In this document: in pieces, positions 23,995 to 37,182 of the stretch | Position numbering within the stretch: position 1 is the first letter of the stretch | Layout: each line of letters starts with the position of its first letter | Source of the DNA: Octopus sinensis | Taxonomy: Eukaryota | Assembly: GCF_006345805.1 (NCBI RefSeq) | Contig: NC_042998.1 | Location: 163,494,001-163,558,000, forward strand | Direction of reading: 5' to 3' | DNA length: 64,000 nt | Program-made: the position numbers and the translations under genes | The notes under the pieces: model-generated | Seen by the model: only the letters and a program-made list of their open reading frames with translations | What the model was told of the DNA's origin: nothing | Database searches by the model: none

Positions 23995-24340
23995 TCATCA
24001 TCATTGTTTAACGTCCACTTTCCATGCTGGCATGGGTTGGACAGTTTAAGTGAGGACTGGTGAGCCAGAGGCTGCACCAGGTTCAATCTGATCTGGCAAA
24101 GTTTCTACAGCTGGATGCCCTTCCTAATGCCAGCCACTCCGAGAGTGTAGTGGGTGCTTTTTACATGCCACCGGCATGAGGGCCAGTCAGGTGGTTCCGG
24201 CAATCACCACGCTCAAAAGGTGTTTTTATATGCCACCGGCACATGTGCTAGTATGGCAACACTGGCAATGATCACACTCGAATGGTGCTTTTCACATGTC
24301 ACTAGCATGGGAGCCAATCCATGGCCCTGGCAACGATCAT
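23995..24340 (-). mobile_element. RTE 3' UTR/tail fragment
   Basis: (tca)n-ttgtttaacgtccactttccatgctggcatgggttgg...ctggatgcccttcctaatgcc...tgccaccggca repeats. Confidence 0.85.
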
Positions 24341-24702
24341 GCTCGGATATGCTTCTATATTTAAAATTAATTGAAAGAAACACAGAGCATCTCAACAGAA
24401 ATATAGTAACAAAAAAGTAAGTGCAGTCACAATTTGAAGACAGGGGTAAGACAACAATGCTAACAATTAAAAGAAAGGTGCTGACTTTTGACAGGCATTA
24501 AATAGGCTATGTAGCAAATAATAGCATAAACTTTTATAAATCTCACTGTAACGCAGCTCTGTCAGGGCAACAATATTTATTACAAAGTATGTCAATGAGG
24601 GCTGTGACATGGCCACTTTTGCAGCTGACAAGGCAATCGATGATGGTGGCATGGGTTCATTCAGACAGTCCAATATTACTCTAGCAATTTGATGATCTAC
24701 AA

Positions 24703-25019
24703 CAGTGGTTCTCAACCAGGGTCCATATTACATTTTGTGGGTTCTACACAAGCAAAATAGTAAGTTGGGGACCCACAGTAATATATTAAGGGCCCATAAA
24801 AAAAGTTTTGAGATTTAGATGTATTTATTGTAAGAAACAGCTAAGTTTCTTTTTCTAATGTTTTACAGAGTTCAACCTACAAAAGTGAATGTGTGAATAA
24901 CAAATAAGAATTTTGAAAAAACACTAGTTTTTAAACATCAAATAGCTTTGGGGATCCACCAGAACAGAATGAAAATGAAAGGGGTCTATAGATAAAAAAA
25001 AAATGGTTTAGATCCACTA
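24703..25019. mobile_element. hAT-type MITE (diverged)
   Basis: cagtggttctcaacc start and ggtttagatccacta end; imperfect 8-bp flanks atctacaa / atccagag. Confidence 0.6.
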
Positions 25020-25697
25020 ATCCAGAGGATCTTTAGATTTGACATTCACTAAATCATCCAACTGCAATGAACCCTGTAAGAAGATACAAAAGCCTCAAGG
25101 CAAGTGATGTTGGTAGACATGTTTACCTTGTCTACTTTTCAAGTTCCACACTGATTATACTTATCCAGTCATGCATTTGGAATCTCACCTTTCATCACCT
25201 AACATAAAACTACCAATCTCCTTCTACTCTAATTCTATTCAGCTGATGGGGACCTTAGATTGCCAGGCTACATGGCAACCTCACTAGTGCTGGTGCATTG
25301 AAAAAGCATCCAATAGAATCTATGAAGTGGTTGGCATTAGAAAGAGATCCAGTGTTAGCAACCATACCAAAGAGACACTAGAGTACAACGCTGTCCTCTG
25401 ACCTGTCAGATCTGGTGAAAATATCAAAAACAAGCCACAATGGGTGACAGATGTTAAAAGATGATGATCATGTGTGTAAATATGTATATGTGTGTGTGTA
25501 TATATATATATATGTGTGCGGGTGGATGTGTTTGTACAATGGGTTTCTAGCTCTTCTCCCAATTTCAGTAGCAAAACTTTGGTCAGCTTGCAACTACAGT
25601 TGAAGACATTTATCCAAGGTGCTGCGAAATGGGTGAGAACACAAAACCACATGGCTGGTAAGCAAACTTCTTAGCCATACATAAATGTGTGTGTATG

Positions 25698-25729
<32 letters not shown>

Positions 25730-25738
25730 ATATATATA

Positions 25739-25778
<40 letters not shown>

Positions 25779-25971
25779 TATATATATTTATGTGTGTGAG
25801 TGTGTGTATCCTGGATTTTAGAATAGGAAAATGTATCCCTATATCTCATAAAAGGCAACTGAAAGTGTTGGCAGAAGGGCATCTAGTCACTCAAATATAA
25901 CCTTAAAATGTCTCACTCAGGCAATGTACACATGAAAAGATGAACATAAAAACTATAATAATAATATACAT

Positions 25972-26016
<45 letters not shown>

Positions 26017-26439
26017 ATCTATCTATCTATCTCACTATACCGTTTGATATCACGTTTCCATGCTTACATGAGTCAGATGGAATTTGTTGAAGCATACTTT
26101 CTACAGGGTGGATGCCCTTCCTGTCACCAATGCTGACCTGTTTCCAAGCACAACATCATGTGATCACATGGCATGAGTACACACACACACACACTCAACT
26201 TATATACATTAGGATTCTTTCAGTTTCCTTCTAACAAACTCACTCAGAAAGCTTTGAGTGCCTGGGGCTATATTAGAAGGTACTTACCTAATGTTCAACA
26301 TAGTAGGGCTGAACCCAAGACTGCATGGTTTAGAAGCAGGCTCCTTAACTACACTCTCGTGCCTATACACACACACACATGTAACTCTCTCTATCAAATC
26401 AGTTTATTTGTCAAATATAATTATACATTAGCACACATA

Positions 26440-26476
26440 CACACATTATATATATATATATATATACATATTTATG

Positions 26477-26511
<35 letters not shown>

Positions 26512-26612
26512 GTACATATATATATGTATGTACATATTTATATCTATATATATATGCATGTATATGTATATATGTATGTACATATTTATATCTGTATATA
26601 TGTGTGTATATG

Positions 26613-26646
<34 letters not shown>

Positions 26647-26850
26647 TGTATATGTATGTATGTATATATGTATATATATGTATGTTTGTATATATATATA
26701 TATATGTATGTTTGTATATATATATATATGTGTGTGTGCATACATATATATATATGTATGTTTGTATATATATATATGTGTGTGTGTGTATACATATATA
26801 TGTATGCATGTATGTATATATATGTGTGTGTGTGTATATGTGTAATTATC
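26440..26850. repeat. Compound (TA)n/(TATG)n/(TG)n microsatellite
   Basis: Read directly; the source of the YI/VC-repeat ORFs. Confidence 0.95.
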
Positions 26851-26954
26851 TATAAGTCTTGTGCTGTTTAAAAATAAATAAGTTAAAATTATTATTTTGT
26901 TAGGTTTATTCCATGCATTAAGTCTGCAAGTTATTATTTGATTTCTGTCCATTT

Positions 26955-26996
<42 letters not shown>

Positions 26997-27563
26997 TCCT
27001 CACCACTTCTCTCTCCCTCTGTTTTCCATTTCCTCTCTCTCACTCTCTTATTCAATTTTAAATAACTGCATCTTATGTGAAAATGGAACTTGTGTTTCAC
27101 CAATTATTTAACTGCTACACAAGCATATATTCACCAACTTTCAACCCCCAAACCTGCACTTAACTATAAAAAGATTGCATTTATTACTTGCTGTCCTTCA
27201 CTGACAAAATTAGCTAACTACCCACCCAATATTTACTTTCTCACTTATGCTTCTCTGCTGGCTGTGTGTCTTTTTTTATTTTTCCTTCTCCTTTTTCAAA
27301 CTTGAAACAGAAAACGTCATTCCACTCTGTTGACATCTTTGCTTGTGAAATGCCCCTCAAGGAATGTTCTGCGTGAACATATATGCATGTGCCTGCACAT
27401 GCATGATCGTCTATACATGTGTTGTACGCACATGTGTCTGTGTGTGATCAGCTCAAATGGAAGGATGTCCTAATGCTCTGGATGGTTGATAGCTCATTGG
27501 TTTCAGCAGAGTGGAAAAATCTCTTTCCTCTTCCACTGCTGTCTCCGTCCTTCCCAGCTTCCT

Positions 27564-27608
<45 letters not shown>

Positions 27609-27869
27609 CTAAAAGTCAGTGCATTCTTCCTTGAAAGCATTCACCTACTTCCTAAGCCTTGCTAACATGCTATGGAATATGTTTCTACCCTGTTTGATTC
27701 CAGTGTGACTCACATGGCGGCAAACTTATTGCTATTTATTTCATTTGTTTCGTATTTTACCTTGTCTATTTACACTCATGCACACCTTCTGTTCTTTCTT
27801 TCTTTCTTTCTTCTCTTTAGGTTCTCTTTTTTGTTTTCACCTTCATTGCTATTGACGTGGCTTCTACTT

Positions 27870-28288
27870 GTTCACAGAATTCATCAATTTTATCATTATT
27901 ATTATTATGATTATTATTATTATTATTATTATTATTATTGTGATCATCATCATTGTTACAACTATCACCACCACCACCACCACTGTACTACTACTACTAC
28001 CATCAACATTAGCAATTTCTCCATCATTAAAAACCCACCTTCACCACCAGGATTCTCATCATCATTATAATCACTATCATCATTATCATCATCATAATTA
28101 TCATCACCATTAGCCTACCACCACCACCACCACCCTCATCACCATCATCATCTCTATGTTTCCCTCAAACTCTGTCTTCTCTTTCAACACCAAAATCCCT
28201 TCCTTCCACCTAATGTCACATATTTTTGCTTTTCTCTCATTGTTTTGTATTATTATTTTTAAAATTCTTATGCTGTGTCATTCTTTAC

Positions 28289-28334
<46 letters not shown>

Positions 28335-28410
28335 CATACATACATACATACATACATACATACATACATTCGTACATATATAATATATATATATATATAC
28401 ACATACATTC

Positions 28411-28461
<51 letters not shown>

Positions 28462-28474
28462 CATACATACATAC

Positions 28475-28522
<48 letters not shown>

Positions 28523-28540
28523 GTACATAGATACATATAT
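27870..28540. repeat. (ATT/CAT/CAC)n low-complexity tract followed by a (TA)n/(CATA)n microsatellite
   Basis: Read directly. Confidence 0.95.
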
Positions 28541-29495
28541 ACATCACTGTGTTGTCATTTTACTCTCTCGCTTGCATTATTTGGCCCATTATTCTCTGAT
28601 TTCTTGCTTGTAGTTCTCCCGTGCAACATTTCTTTCAGCTTATTTTGCGTTCTTTCACCACGTCCCCAATCTTGCTTTTTATCTCATGTCTTTTTTCTCA
28701 TTTTGCTTTATTGTCTTATACACTTTTTCTTCTTTCCGCTTTTGTTTCTCATCGTCTCTTCCTTCTCATCTTTCTGTCTGTTTATCCATCTATCCATTTG
28801 TCTCTCCCTCTCTCTCTCTATCTATCAATCTATGTATCTATCTGACTGTCTTTATGTCCATCTATGTATTTGTCAGCTATCTAGTCTCCAATTGTCTATC
28901 TGCCTATCTGTCTGACTATCAATCTATCTGTCTGCCTGTCTATTTTACTGCTTATCTATCTATCTACCTGTCTGCTTTTTGTCTGCCTGTCTGCACAGCC
29001 ATCTGTCTCTTTGTGTCTTTCTTTCATTTCTTTCTTTCCTTCCTTCTGGCCTTCCTTACTTTGCTCTGTCCTTTTATTTTCAGTATTGGTCATCTTTTCA
29101 TGCATTTCTTCTTTAGTTAGCATTCCAGTCCTCTCTCTGAGATTTCCCTAATTAACTAAGACTTTCTATTTAACAAAAACCTTAAATTAATTAAGAAAAA
29201 TGAAGAATTAATTTCAAAAGATTGTTTTACATACTTATACAAAAATAACACCATCATTGGCCACCAGTGTAATATCTCTAGATATGTTTCAGTGTTGTTG
29301 GACCTTGTCAGCAAGGTGTAGCTTGATCTAGTCCACTTGATCAGCTGACAATTATTTTACATAGAAAAATTGAGTTACAAAGATAGTAGTAGTAATTTGT
29401 GTAATTAACAAAAAAAGTAAAGGATTTAAATGAAATAACTCAAATGACTAATAGCTTGAATTTAGTTAAATGATCTAAGAGGTGATGCCCTAAAT

Positions 29496-29785
29496 CAGCG
29501 CTACTCAACGTGGTGGTCCGTGGACCAGTGGTGGTCTGTGATCCATATGTTGCCGGTACATGGCAAGTTTCCAGAAAAGAAAGAAACATTATAAAATGCT
29601 TATGTAATATTGTATTATTTGTTTACAAAATAAATATAGATAAAAAAAAAATTCTGAACTTTTACTATATTCATTATATATTGTTTCTGGTATAAATTAA
29701 TATTACTAAGAAATATTTCTGGTCCTTGGCATATTGGAAAAAAGAAACTGCTGGTACATCACATCAGATAGTTTGAAAAGCACTG
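29496..29785. mobile_element. hAT MITE with a perfect 8-bp TSD
   Basis: TIRs cagcgctactcaac / gtttgaaaagcactg; TSD ccctaaat at 29488-29495 and 29786-29793. Confidence 0.9.
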
Positions 29786-31779
29786 CCCTAAATGACACAC
29801 AAAATATTCTCAATTAAAAATTTCCTTTCTTAGTTGGAGATAAGAAATAAAGGACTGGCTGGTAATAATTGGCATCTTTCAAGAACTGGAAGATATTTTC
29901 AGGAAATTAAGAATTAATTTTACAAAATTATTTTCCTGTTTAAATTCTTTTAGTTGCTTCCGAGATTTGCTGGGGCACCACCTCAGCGGTTTTAGTCAAA
30001 CAACTCAACTCCTGTTGTCAAGTGGTAGTGGTGGTGGCGATGAGAGGGACAAACTTAGCCACACACAGACACACTCATATATGGTGTGACAGAACTAACC
30101 ATTGATGTGTATATATACAAATTTGTTATCAATTCAAATATGCTTGAGACATTTTTTAACCATAAGAAAGCCATTCTCTGTATTTTGTCATGGAGAAAAT
30201 TTCTTGCAGTATACAAATAAGTGTTAATGCACTGAATTACTCCATAGCATCCAATAACCAGACTGTTGAATGCATGCATGTCTGAGTAGTTATCTCCTCT
30301 TCAGCAGCAGAGATTGGAAAGGCAGATGCTACAAACTTACAAGAGAGATAGGTCCCTCTTATGATATTCCCATTATTGTCCAAAGACTGATTGTACTATT
30401 CACCTTAAATAAGATATGAGGTGACAGTGCAGTGATGTGTGTATTTAATAATGACAGGAATATTATAAATGCATTGATAGGTAAATATATATATATACAC
30501 ACACATACACATTTATTGATATACTACAGGCTTCTTTCAGTTCTTGTCTACTAATTCCACTTACAAGGCTCTAGTCAGACCCAGATTATAGTAGAAGACA
30601 CTTACCCAAGGTGGAACTGAACCAAAGATCACTTTAGCTGTGTGGTTATGAAGCAAGCTTCTTAACCACACAGCTAGTGTGGGTAAAGAGATAGTTAGAG
30701 ATATATAGTTTTATTGCACATTGTAAGTGAAGTATTGTAAAACTCTTAAAATTATTTCCCTTTTTCAGTGATGAGCTCCAATACAACTGAAACAAGCCTA
30801 TCAGCTGTCGTCTTAAGACCTAAAAGTGATCTGATTTTCCTCTATGTTTGTAAATCATTTATGTGAAATTAAATCTAAATTTCTTTTAGATTACTTCAAT
30901 AACAATTGCCACTAGGTTTTTGTTTTCTTTCTCTGTGGGAGTTTTGATTGAGAATATTTTGCATACATCATTCAGTAGATCATGCCTTAACTTGTGTTTA
31001 ATTCATCAGCTATTCCTACTTTTTTTGCTATCTTTCTTCTTTGGTTTCTTATCCACTTCCTTTTTTTTCTCTCTCTCTCTTTCCCCCTCTCTCCCTTTCT
31101 CCCCTCTCCCCCTAGTTCTTCAGTTTTTTTATGTGTCTTCCCTTCTATCTTATGTGCTTCTCCAGCTCTCCATTCCTCTTTAAAACTTAATTTTTCTCTC
31201 AAATACCTTTCTCTCTAAACAATCTATTATCCTCTCATTCTCTCTAGTTCTCTTTCTTTCTCCTCTCTTTCTCTCTCTCCCTCTCTCTCTTCCACTAGGT
31301 TTCATTTTCCTTCTTTTTTTTTTAGTATATTCTGTCTTTGTCTTCTTTCCTTTCACTTCATTTCCATACCTTGTTCTCATCAGCCTTATTTGTTTATATT
31401 TCCTGTACCTTCCATAAGTTTTATACCCCCTCTCTCTCTCTCTTTCTCTCCATTTCTCCTTCTTTTCTGTCCCTTTCTTTTACCCTCCCTCATTTATCAT
31501 ATCTCTCTCTCTCCATTTAGTCACTCATTATATCATTTCCCATCACTATTTCTTACTTTCATCCTCCCTCTTACTCTCCTCCAAAAATTTTTGCATTCTC
31601 TCTTTCCCTTTTCTTCCCTTACCCCTTTACTATAGATGCTCTCTCCTCTTCTATTACTCTTACTCACTTTCATCCACACTCTCTCTCACACTTCTACATC
31701 CATTCAATTTTTTTAACTACTCTCTCAGTCTTTTCACTTCACTCCATTTTTTCCTACCAACTTATACTCCACTTACTTT

Positions 31780-32057
31780 TATTCTTTTACTTGTTTCAAT
31801 CATTTGACTGCGGCCATGCTGGAGAAACACCTTGCAGTATTTTTGTCGAACAGTTCAACCTCAGGACTTATTTTTAAGCCTACTACTTATTCTATCGGTC
31901 TCTCTTGCTGAACCGATGAATTACGGGTACATAAACACACCGAGACTGGTTGTTAAGCGGTGATGGGGGGGGGGGGACAAACACACACACACACACACAC
32001 ACATACACATGCACACACATATATATATATTTATATATACATACATATGATGGACTT

Positions 32058-32102
<45 letters not shown>

Positions 32103-32256
32103 AGACAGACTCTTTTCAATTTCCATCTACCAAATTCACTCACAAAGCTTTGGTCAATCTGAGGCTATAGCAGAAGACACTTTCCCAAGGTGCCATGCTG
32201 TGGGACTGAACCCAGAATTATGTAGTTGAAAAGCAAGCTTCTCACCACACAGCCAC
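31780..32256 (-). mobile_element. SINE family A
   Basis: ttttacttgtttcaatcatttgactgcggccatgctgg...ggacaaacac...ctaccaaattcactcacaaagc...ctgaaccc...ccacacagccac. Confidence 0.85.
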
Positions 32257-32804
32257 ACCTGTGCCTATTAACATTTCTGTTTGTTTCTCCCTTTTTTTCC
32301 TACATCAATTTCTTTCTATCTTTCTTGTTTTTTCTTATCCCTCATTTAAACAGAAATTTCTCATTGTTTACACCTGTCTCCTCTTTTTCATACCTATGTA
32401 CCTATCTACTTACATACCTAGACAAATACAGGTATGTCAAGTATCTTTCATCTGTTATTCTTTTACTTGTTTCACTCATTAGACTGCTATCATGCTGGGG
32501 CACTGCCTTGAAGTATTCTTACTTACTTTTTAAAGCCTAGTACTCTTTCAATCAGTCTCTTTTGCTGAACTGCTAACTTACAGGCACAATATATGGATTT
32601 ATATAATCCTGTGGTGATCACAAAAGAGCTCCTATGGTGGACCAGGCTACAAACCACATAGTAAACTAATATGTAGGAGTGTAATGTAGAGTCCTATGCA
32701 GCTGAAATTCAGTAAATCCAATCAGCTATTGAACTAGATATATTCATCTCATGCCTTTTGAATTTCTTTATATTCTATATATATGTATATATGTATATAT
32801 ACAT

Positions 32805-33103
32805 ATGAGTGAGATCGTTGCCAGAGCAACAAGCTGGCCTTCGTGCCGATGGCACATTAAGCACACCATTCAAGCATGATCGTTACCGTGTCGCCTTACT
32901 AGCACTTGTGCTGGTGGCATGTGAAATATTCAAGCGAGGTCGTCCCAGTGCCGCTGGGTGTGGTCGTTGCCAGTACCACCAAACTGGCCCTCGTGCCAGT
33001 GGCACATAAAAGCACCCACTACACTCTCGGAGTAGTTGGCGTTAGGAAAGGCATCCAGCTGTAGAAACTCTGCCAGATCAGACTGGAGTCTCGTTCACCA
33101 GAC
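32805..33103 (+). mobile_element. RTE 3' UTR/tail fragment
   Basis: gtgccgatggcac repeats, aagcacccactacactctcggag, ggacgttaaatgatgatgat. Confidence 0.85.
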
Positions 33104-33258
33104 CTCAGTCAAATCATCTAACACATGTTAGCATGGAAAGCGGACGTTAAATGATGATGATGATACATATTATTTATTTAAAGGACACAATGCATGTTTT
33201 TAAGTGCTACTAATACTTTCAGTCATTTTATTGATCTTTCTATCATCGAACAGTACAT

Positions 33259-33289
<31 letters not shown>

Positions 33290-33372
33290 GTATTAAAGCT
33301 ACCATTGGTTTCATGTTAAGATAAACATCTTAATATCTGAGCAATTTTTCAAGCCGATCACATGGAGGAATA

Positions 33373-33480
33373 GTGTTTGACTCCAGCAGTACATATTCTA
33401 ATATTGGAACGATGCAGAGACAATTAGCATGGCCCCTGTGCAAGGATGACATGCAAATTTGTGAAGTGGTCCTTATTTTT
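33373..33480 (+). pseudogene. RNU6: U6 snRNA pseudogene, full length
   Basis: cagtacatattctaatattggaacgatgcagagacaattagcatggcccctgtgcaaggatgacatgcaaatttgtgaagtggtccttattttt aligns to U6. The ACAGAGA box is altered to GCAGAGA, CpG decay occurs throughout, and there is no TATA at about -30. Confidence 0.9.
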
Positions 33481-33486
33481 CCATAG

Positions 33487-33618
33487 TTGTAGGAGTGGCT
33501 GTGTGGTAAGTAGCTTGCCAGGCTCAGTCCCACTGCATGGCACCTTGGGCAAGTGTAGCCTCAGGCCAACCAAAGCCTTGTGAGTGGATTTGGTAGACGG
33601 AAACTGAAAGAAGCCCAT

Positions 33619-33711
<93 letters not shown>

Positions 33712-33947
33712 GTGTGTGCGTGCGTGTGTGTGTGTATGTATGTGTCTGTGTTTGTACCCCAACATTGCTTGACAACCAATGCTGTGTTTATGTCCCAGTA
33801 GCTTAGTGGTTTGGCAAAAGAGACCAATAGAATAAGTACTAGGTTTACAAAGAATAAGTCCTGGAGTGAGGTCAATTTGTGTGACTAAAAGTGGTGCTCC
33901 AGCATGGCTGCAGTCAAATGACTGAAACAAGTAAAAGAATAAAAGAA
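33487..33947 (+). mobile_element. SINE family A directly 3' of the U6 pseudogene
   Basis: gtaggagtggctgtgtggtaagtagc head (short internal deletion before the B-box) through the gaaacaagtaaaagaataaaag tail. Confidence 0.9.
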
Positions 33948-34112
33948 TTCAAAATGGTGATGAACACTATTCCTCCATGTGATTGGCTTGAAAAATTGTT
34001 AAGATATCAAGATGTTTTTCTTAACATGAAACCAATGGTATCCTCAATACACAAATACAGAAATTTTATCCACCAAAGCAGTATTGAGCACTCATTCTCA
34101 TTGTTCAAAATT

Positions 34113-34160
<48 letters not shown>

Positions 34161-34708
34161 GAGCTTCTTTCTATTTCCCTCTACCAAATCCAATAACAAG
34201 GCTTTGGTCAGCCCAGAGTGCCACATAGTGGGACTGAACTCCAAACCATATGGTTAGGAAGCAAGCTTCTTACCACACAGCCATGCCTGCACAGTATACA
34301 TTCTTGATTTACTGAAATTATCTCCACATCTAGAGAATTCATCATAATTACCAAACGACAAATAAGAAGAAGTGGAAATCCCAAGAATCAAAGATTCCCC
34401 ACAATTTTATAATTTTTTTTGTTTTGTTTTGTTGCTCATGCAGATTTCCATGACTCTCTTTTGCTATCTAATTCCATTATCATGAATTCAAATTGGGGGC
34501 TTGAGTCATAATGATCATTCATCATTCGTTGAAGCAGATTTTTGTTTATGATAAGATGACCTTCCTGTCACCAACCTTTGCTGGTTTCCAATGTAATATT
34601 TTTCCATAGTCAGATGGTTTTTTTCCTTTTTTTGTTTGTTTTTATTCTTCTTCACCTTTCGTTTTTTGTGTCTTTGTAATTCTGCTTATGATCTTGTCTT
34701 TCAGTAGA

Positions 34709-34933
34709 ATGGAGAACTCACAATATCTTCCAACAACTGTTCCAACAATGAAAAGTGATGATGACTTTGAAAATCAAAATTCAAATTTTTCTACCTCAAG
34801 CTCTTCAGGCAGTAAATTCTCAGCTCTAACAGACCCCAATAAAAATGGTACAGTTCTCATTGAACAATTGCAGAAGAAAGTGGAATTACTCGACCAAAAG
34901 TTATTTGATATTCAAAATTTAACTTTATTAAAG
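34709..34933 (+). CDS. Coding exon (possibly the first) of an uncharacterised coiled-coil protein: MENSQYLPTT...IEQLQKKVELLDQKLFDIQNLTLLK
   Basis: Non-repetitive open frame of 75 codons with a NAGNAG acceptor (tctttcagtag) and a phase-0 donor AAG/gtttgt. Ser-rich N-terminal part followed by a heptad-like segment. Confidence 0.7.
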
Positions 34934-35740
34934 GTTTGTTCATTAATTAATAACTTTATTGTTTTGAAGATATAAATAAACTTGACCTTTTACCATTCAA
35001 ATTACTCTGTCAAATCCATCCATCCATCTGTCTGACCATCAATCTGTCTGTCTGTCTGTCTATCCTTCTGTCTGTCTATCCTTCTGTCTGTCTATCTCTG
35101 TTTATTTAATGTTCTTTTTTATTTTCTTTGTTAGCATAGGTTAGTGGGGTATTTATTCGAGGCAAAATTTTATGACTGGATGCTGTCAATAAGAAATGTT
35201 TTTGAATTAAAGTTCTTCTTTGTATGCCATGCTGTGGTAAAGCATGCAGTAGTTGAGTATCACACACTTGATAAAAAATGAACAGGAAAATTAACATTTT
35301 TTACAGGAAATTGTAGAAAATGTGATACTGCAAATTATTTTTCCAGCTGAAAACTTGCTTGATGTGACTAAGTGAGAAGAGAGTTCCATTCAAAACATAT
35401 GAAATTGATTAGTTTCTATGGTCCTGGTAATCTATAGAATGGATGTTTAGTTCATGATATCTGATGAAGCTGTGCTAGCTTGTTCTGAATTATTGCAAAA
35501 AAGTGAACTTTGCTAAAAAAACACTTAAAACACAAATGGCTTTTAAACTACACCAGAATACATTTGCCCTGTGTCAGGCAACTGGATCAAGAACCCAGTG
35601 ATTGTAAATTAGACTTCTTAACCACATGTTTGCAACTATATAGATTCCTGTTTTGGGAACAAGACTTAGTGCCTAGTTTAAACCAGTTTTTAGTTACTTT
35701 CCTTCAAAGGTTCCAGTGTTTGGTTTTTTAATTTTTAATT

Positions 35741-36117
35741 TTTATTTACTTGTTGCAGTCATTTGAGCACTGCCTTTAACCGAGCAAATCAACCCCAAGA
35801 CTTATTCTTTGTAAGCCTAGTACTTATTTTATTGGTCTCTTTTGCCAAACAGCTAAGTTACGGGGACATAAACACACCAGCGTTGGTTGTCAAATGATGT
35901 TGGGAGGACAAACACAGATGCACAAACACACATATATCTACATATACATATATACGACAGGCTTCTTTCAGTTTCCGTCTACCAAATCCACTCACAAGGC
36001 TTTGGTCGGCCCATGGTTATAGTAGAAGGCACTTGCCCAAGGTACCACACAGTGGGACTGAACCCGGAACCATGTGGTTGGTAAGCAAGCTACTTACCAC
36101 ACAGCCACTCCTGCGCC
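35741..36117 (-). mobile_element. SINE family A
   Basis: Ends ...tacttaccacacagccactcctgcgcc (reverse complement of the head). Confidence 0.9.
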
Positions 36118-36740
36118 TGAATATTTTTCGGTTCTGTTTCTCTTTTGGTTGTCACAACTATTTAAAGGATATCAGTTAAGGGATTATTTCATAATATTAA
36201 GCCTTAACCCTTATTTCAATATCAGTGATTTAATTCCAGTCACAGGTAAACTGCAACCTGCTGCATTTTCTGAATGGCATGTCTAACTAAAAGTTTTACC
36301 ATGAAGAATTATTTTTTAGGAATGCATTCCTGCCTGTCACATGGGGCCAGCTTCTTGAAAAAAGGTTGCTCGTGACTGCACTTATCCTCCCAGAAATAAG
36401 AAAAATCTCCCTCAAAATTGCACTGCACCATTTTAAAAAAGAAAAACATATTAGCTGATGTAGTATCATATGTAAAAAAAATATTGAAAATTATGGGATG
36501 GTTACTTTTAATCATAGATATTTGATCATTGCTAAACAACAACAATTACACTATTCAGATATAGCTGACAGTAATCAACTTTCGATATTCATCCATAACA
36601 GCCAGAATATTACAGTGAACATAACTTCATGTTCATTGTATGTCATTAACCAAATATGAGATATCTCCTGTCCCTCTATCATACTTTAGCCTCTCATTAC
36701 CTAATATTAAGATACCTCCTTCAATGATACTCCCAACTCA

Positions 36741-36900
36741 GGCGTAGGAGTGGCTGTGGTAAGTAGCTTACTTACAAACCACATGGTTTCGGGTTCAGTC
36801 CCACTGTGTGGCACTTTGGCAAGTGTCTTCTACTATAGCCTTGGGCCGACCAAAGCCTTGTGAGTGGATTTGGTAGACGGAAACTGAAAGAAGCCCATCG

Positions 36901-36945
<45 letters not shown>

Positions 36946-37182
36946 TATATATATGTATGTGTGTGTATATGTTTGTGTGTCTGTGTTTGTCCCCCCAACA
37001 TCACTTGACAACCGATTCTGGTATGTTTATGTCCCCGTAACTTAGCGGTTTGGTAAAAGAGACTGATAGAATAAGTACTAGGCTTACAAAGAATAAGTTC
37101 TGGGGGCGATTTGCTCGACTAAATGTGGTGCTCCAACATGGCCACAGTCAAATGACTGAAACAAGTAAAAGAATAAAAGAGT
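36741..37182 (+). mobile_element. SINE family A, full length, with TSD
   Basis: ggcgtaggagtggctgtggtaag head, gtaaaagaataaaagagt tail, TSD aactca(g) on both sides. Confidence 0.9.

Larger units (their letters stand above)
33283..34057. repeat. 95-bp inverted repeats (33283-33377 and 33963-34057) enclosing a U6 pseudogene and a SINE
   Basis: tatttgtgtatt...taccattggtttcatgttaaga...aatttttcaagcc.atcacatggaggaatagtgtt matches the reverse complement of the right arm, with 8 mismatches in 95 by hand alignment. Confidence 0.9.

Noticed and set aside
26173-26952. Long ORFs (up to 232 aa) of YI/VC/TH repeats here and at 7936-8319, 28226-28915, 41174-41407 and 61549-62266
   Set aside because: Translations of TA/TG/CA microsatellites, which lack stop codons by composition.
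33373-33480. Functional U6 snRNA gene
   Set aside because: The ACAGAGA box is mutated, the 5' stem is disrupted, CpG decay is present and there is no TATA at the expected position; called a pseudogene.
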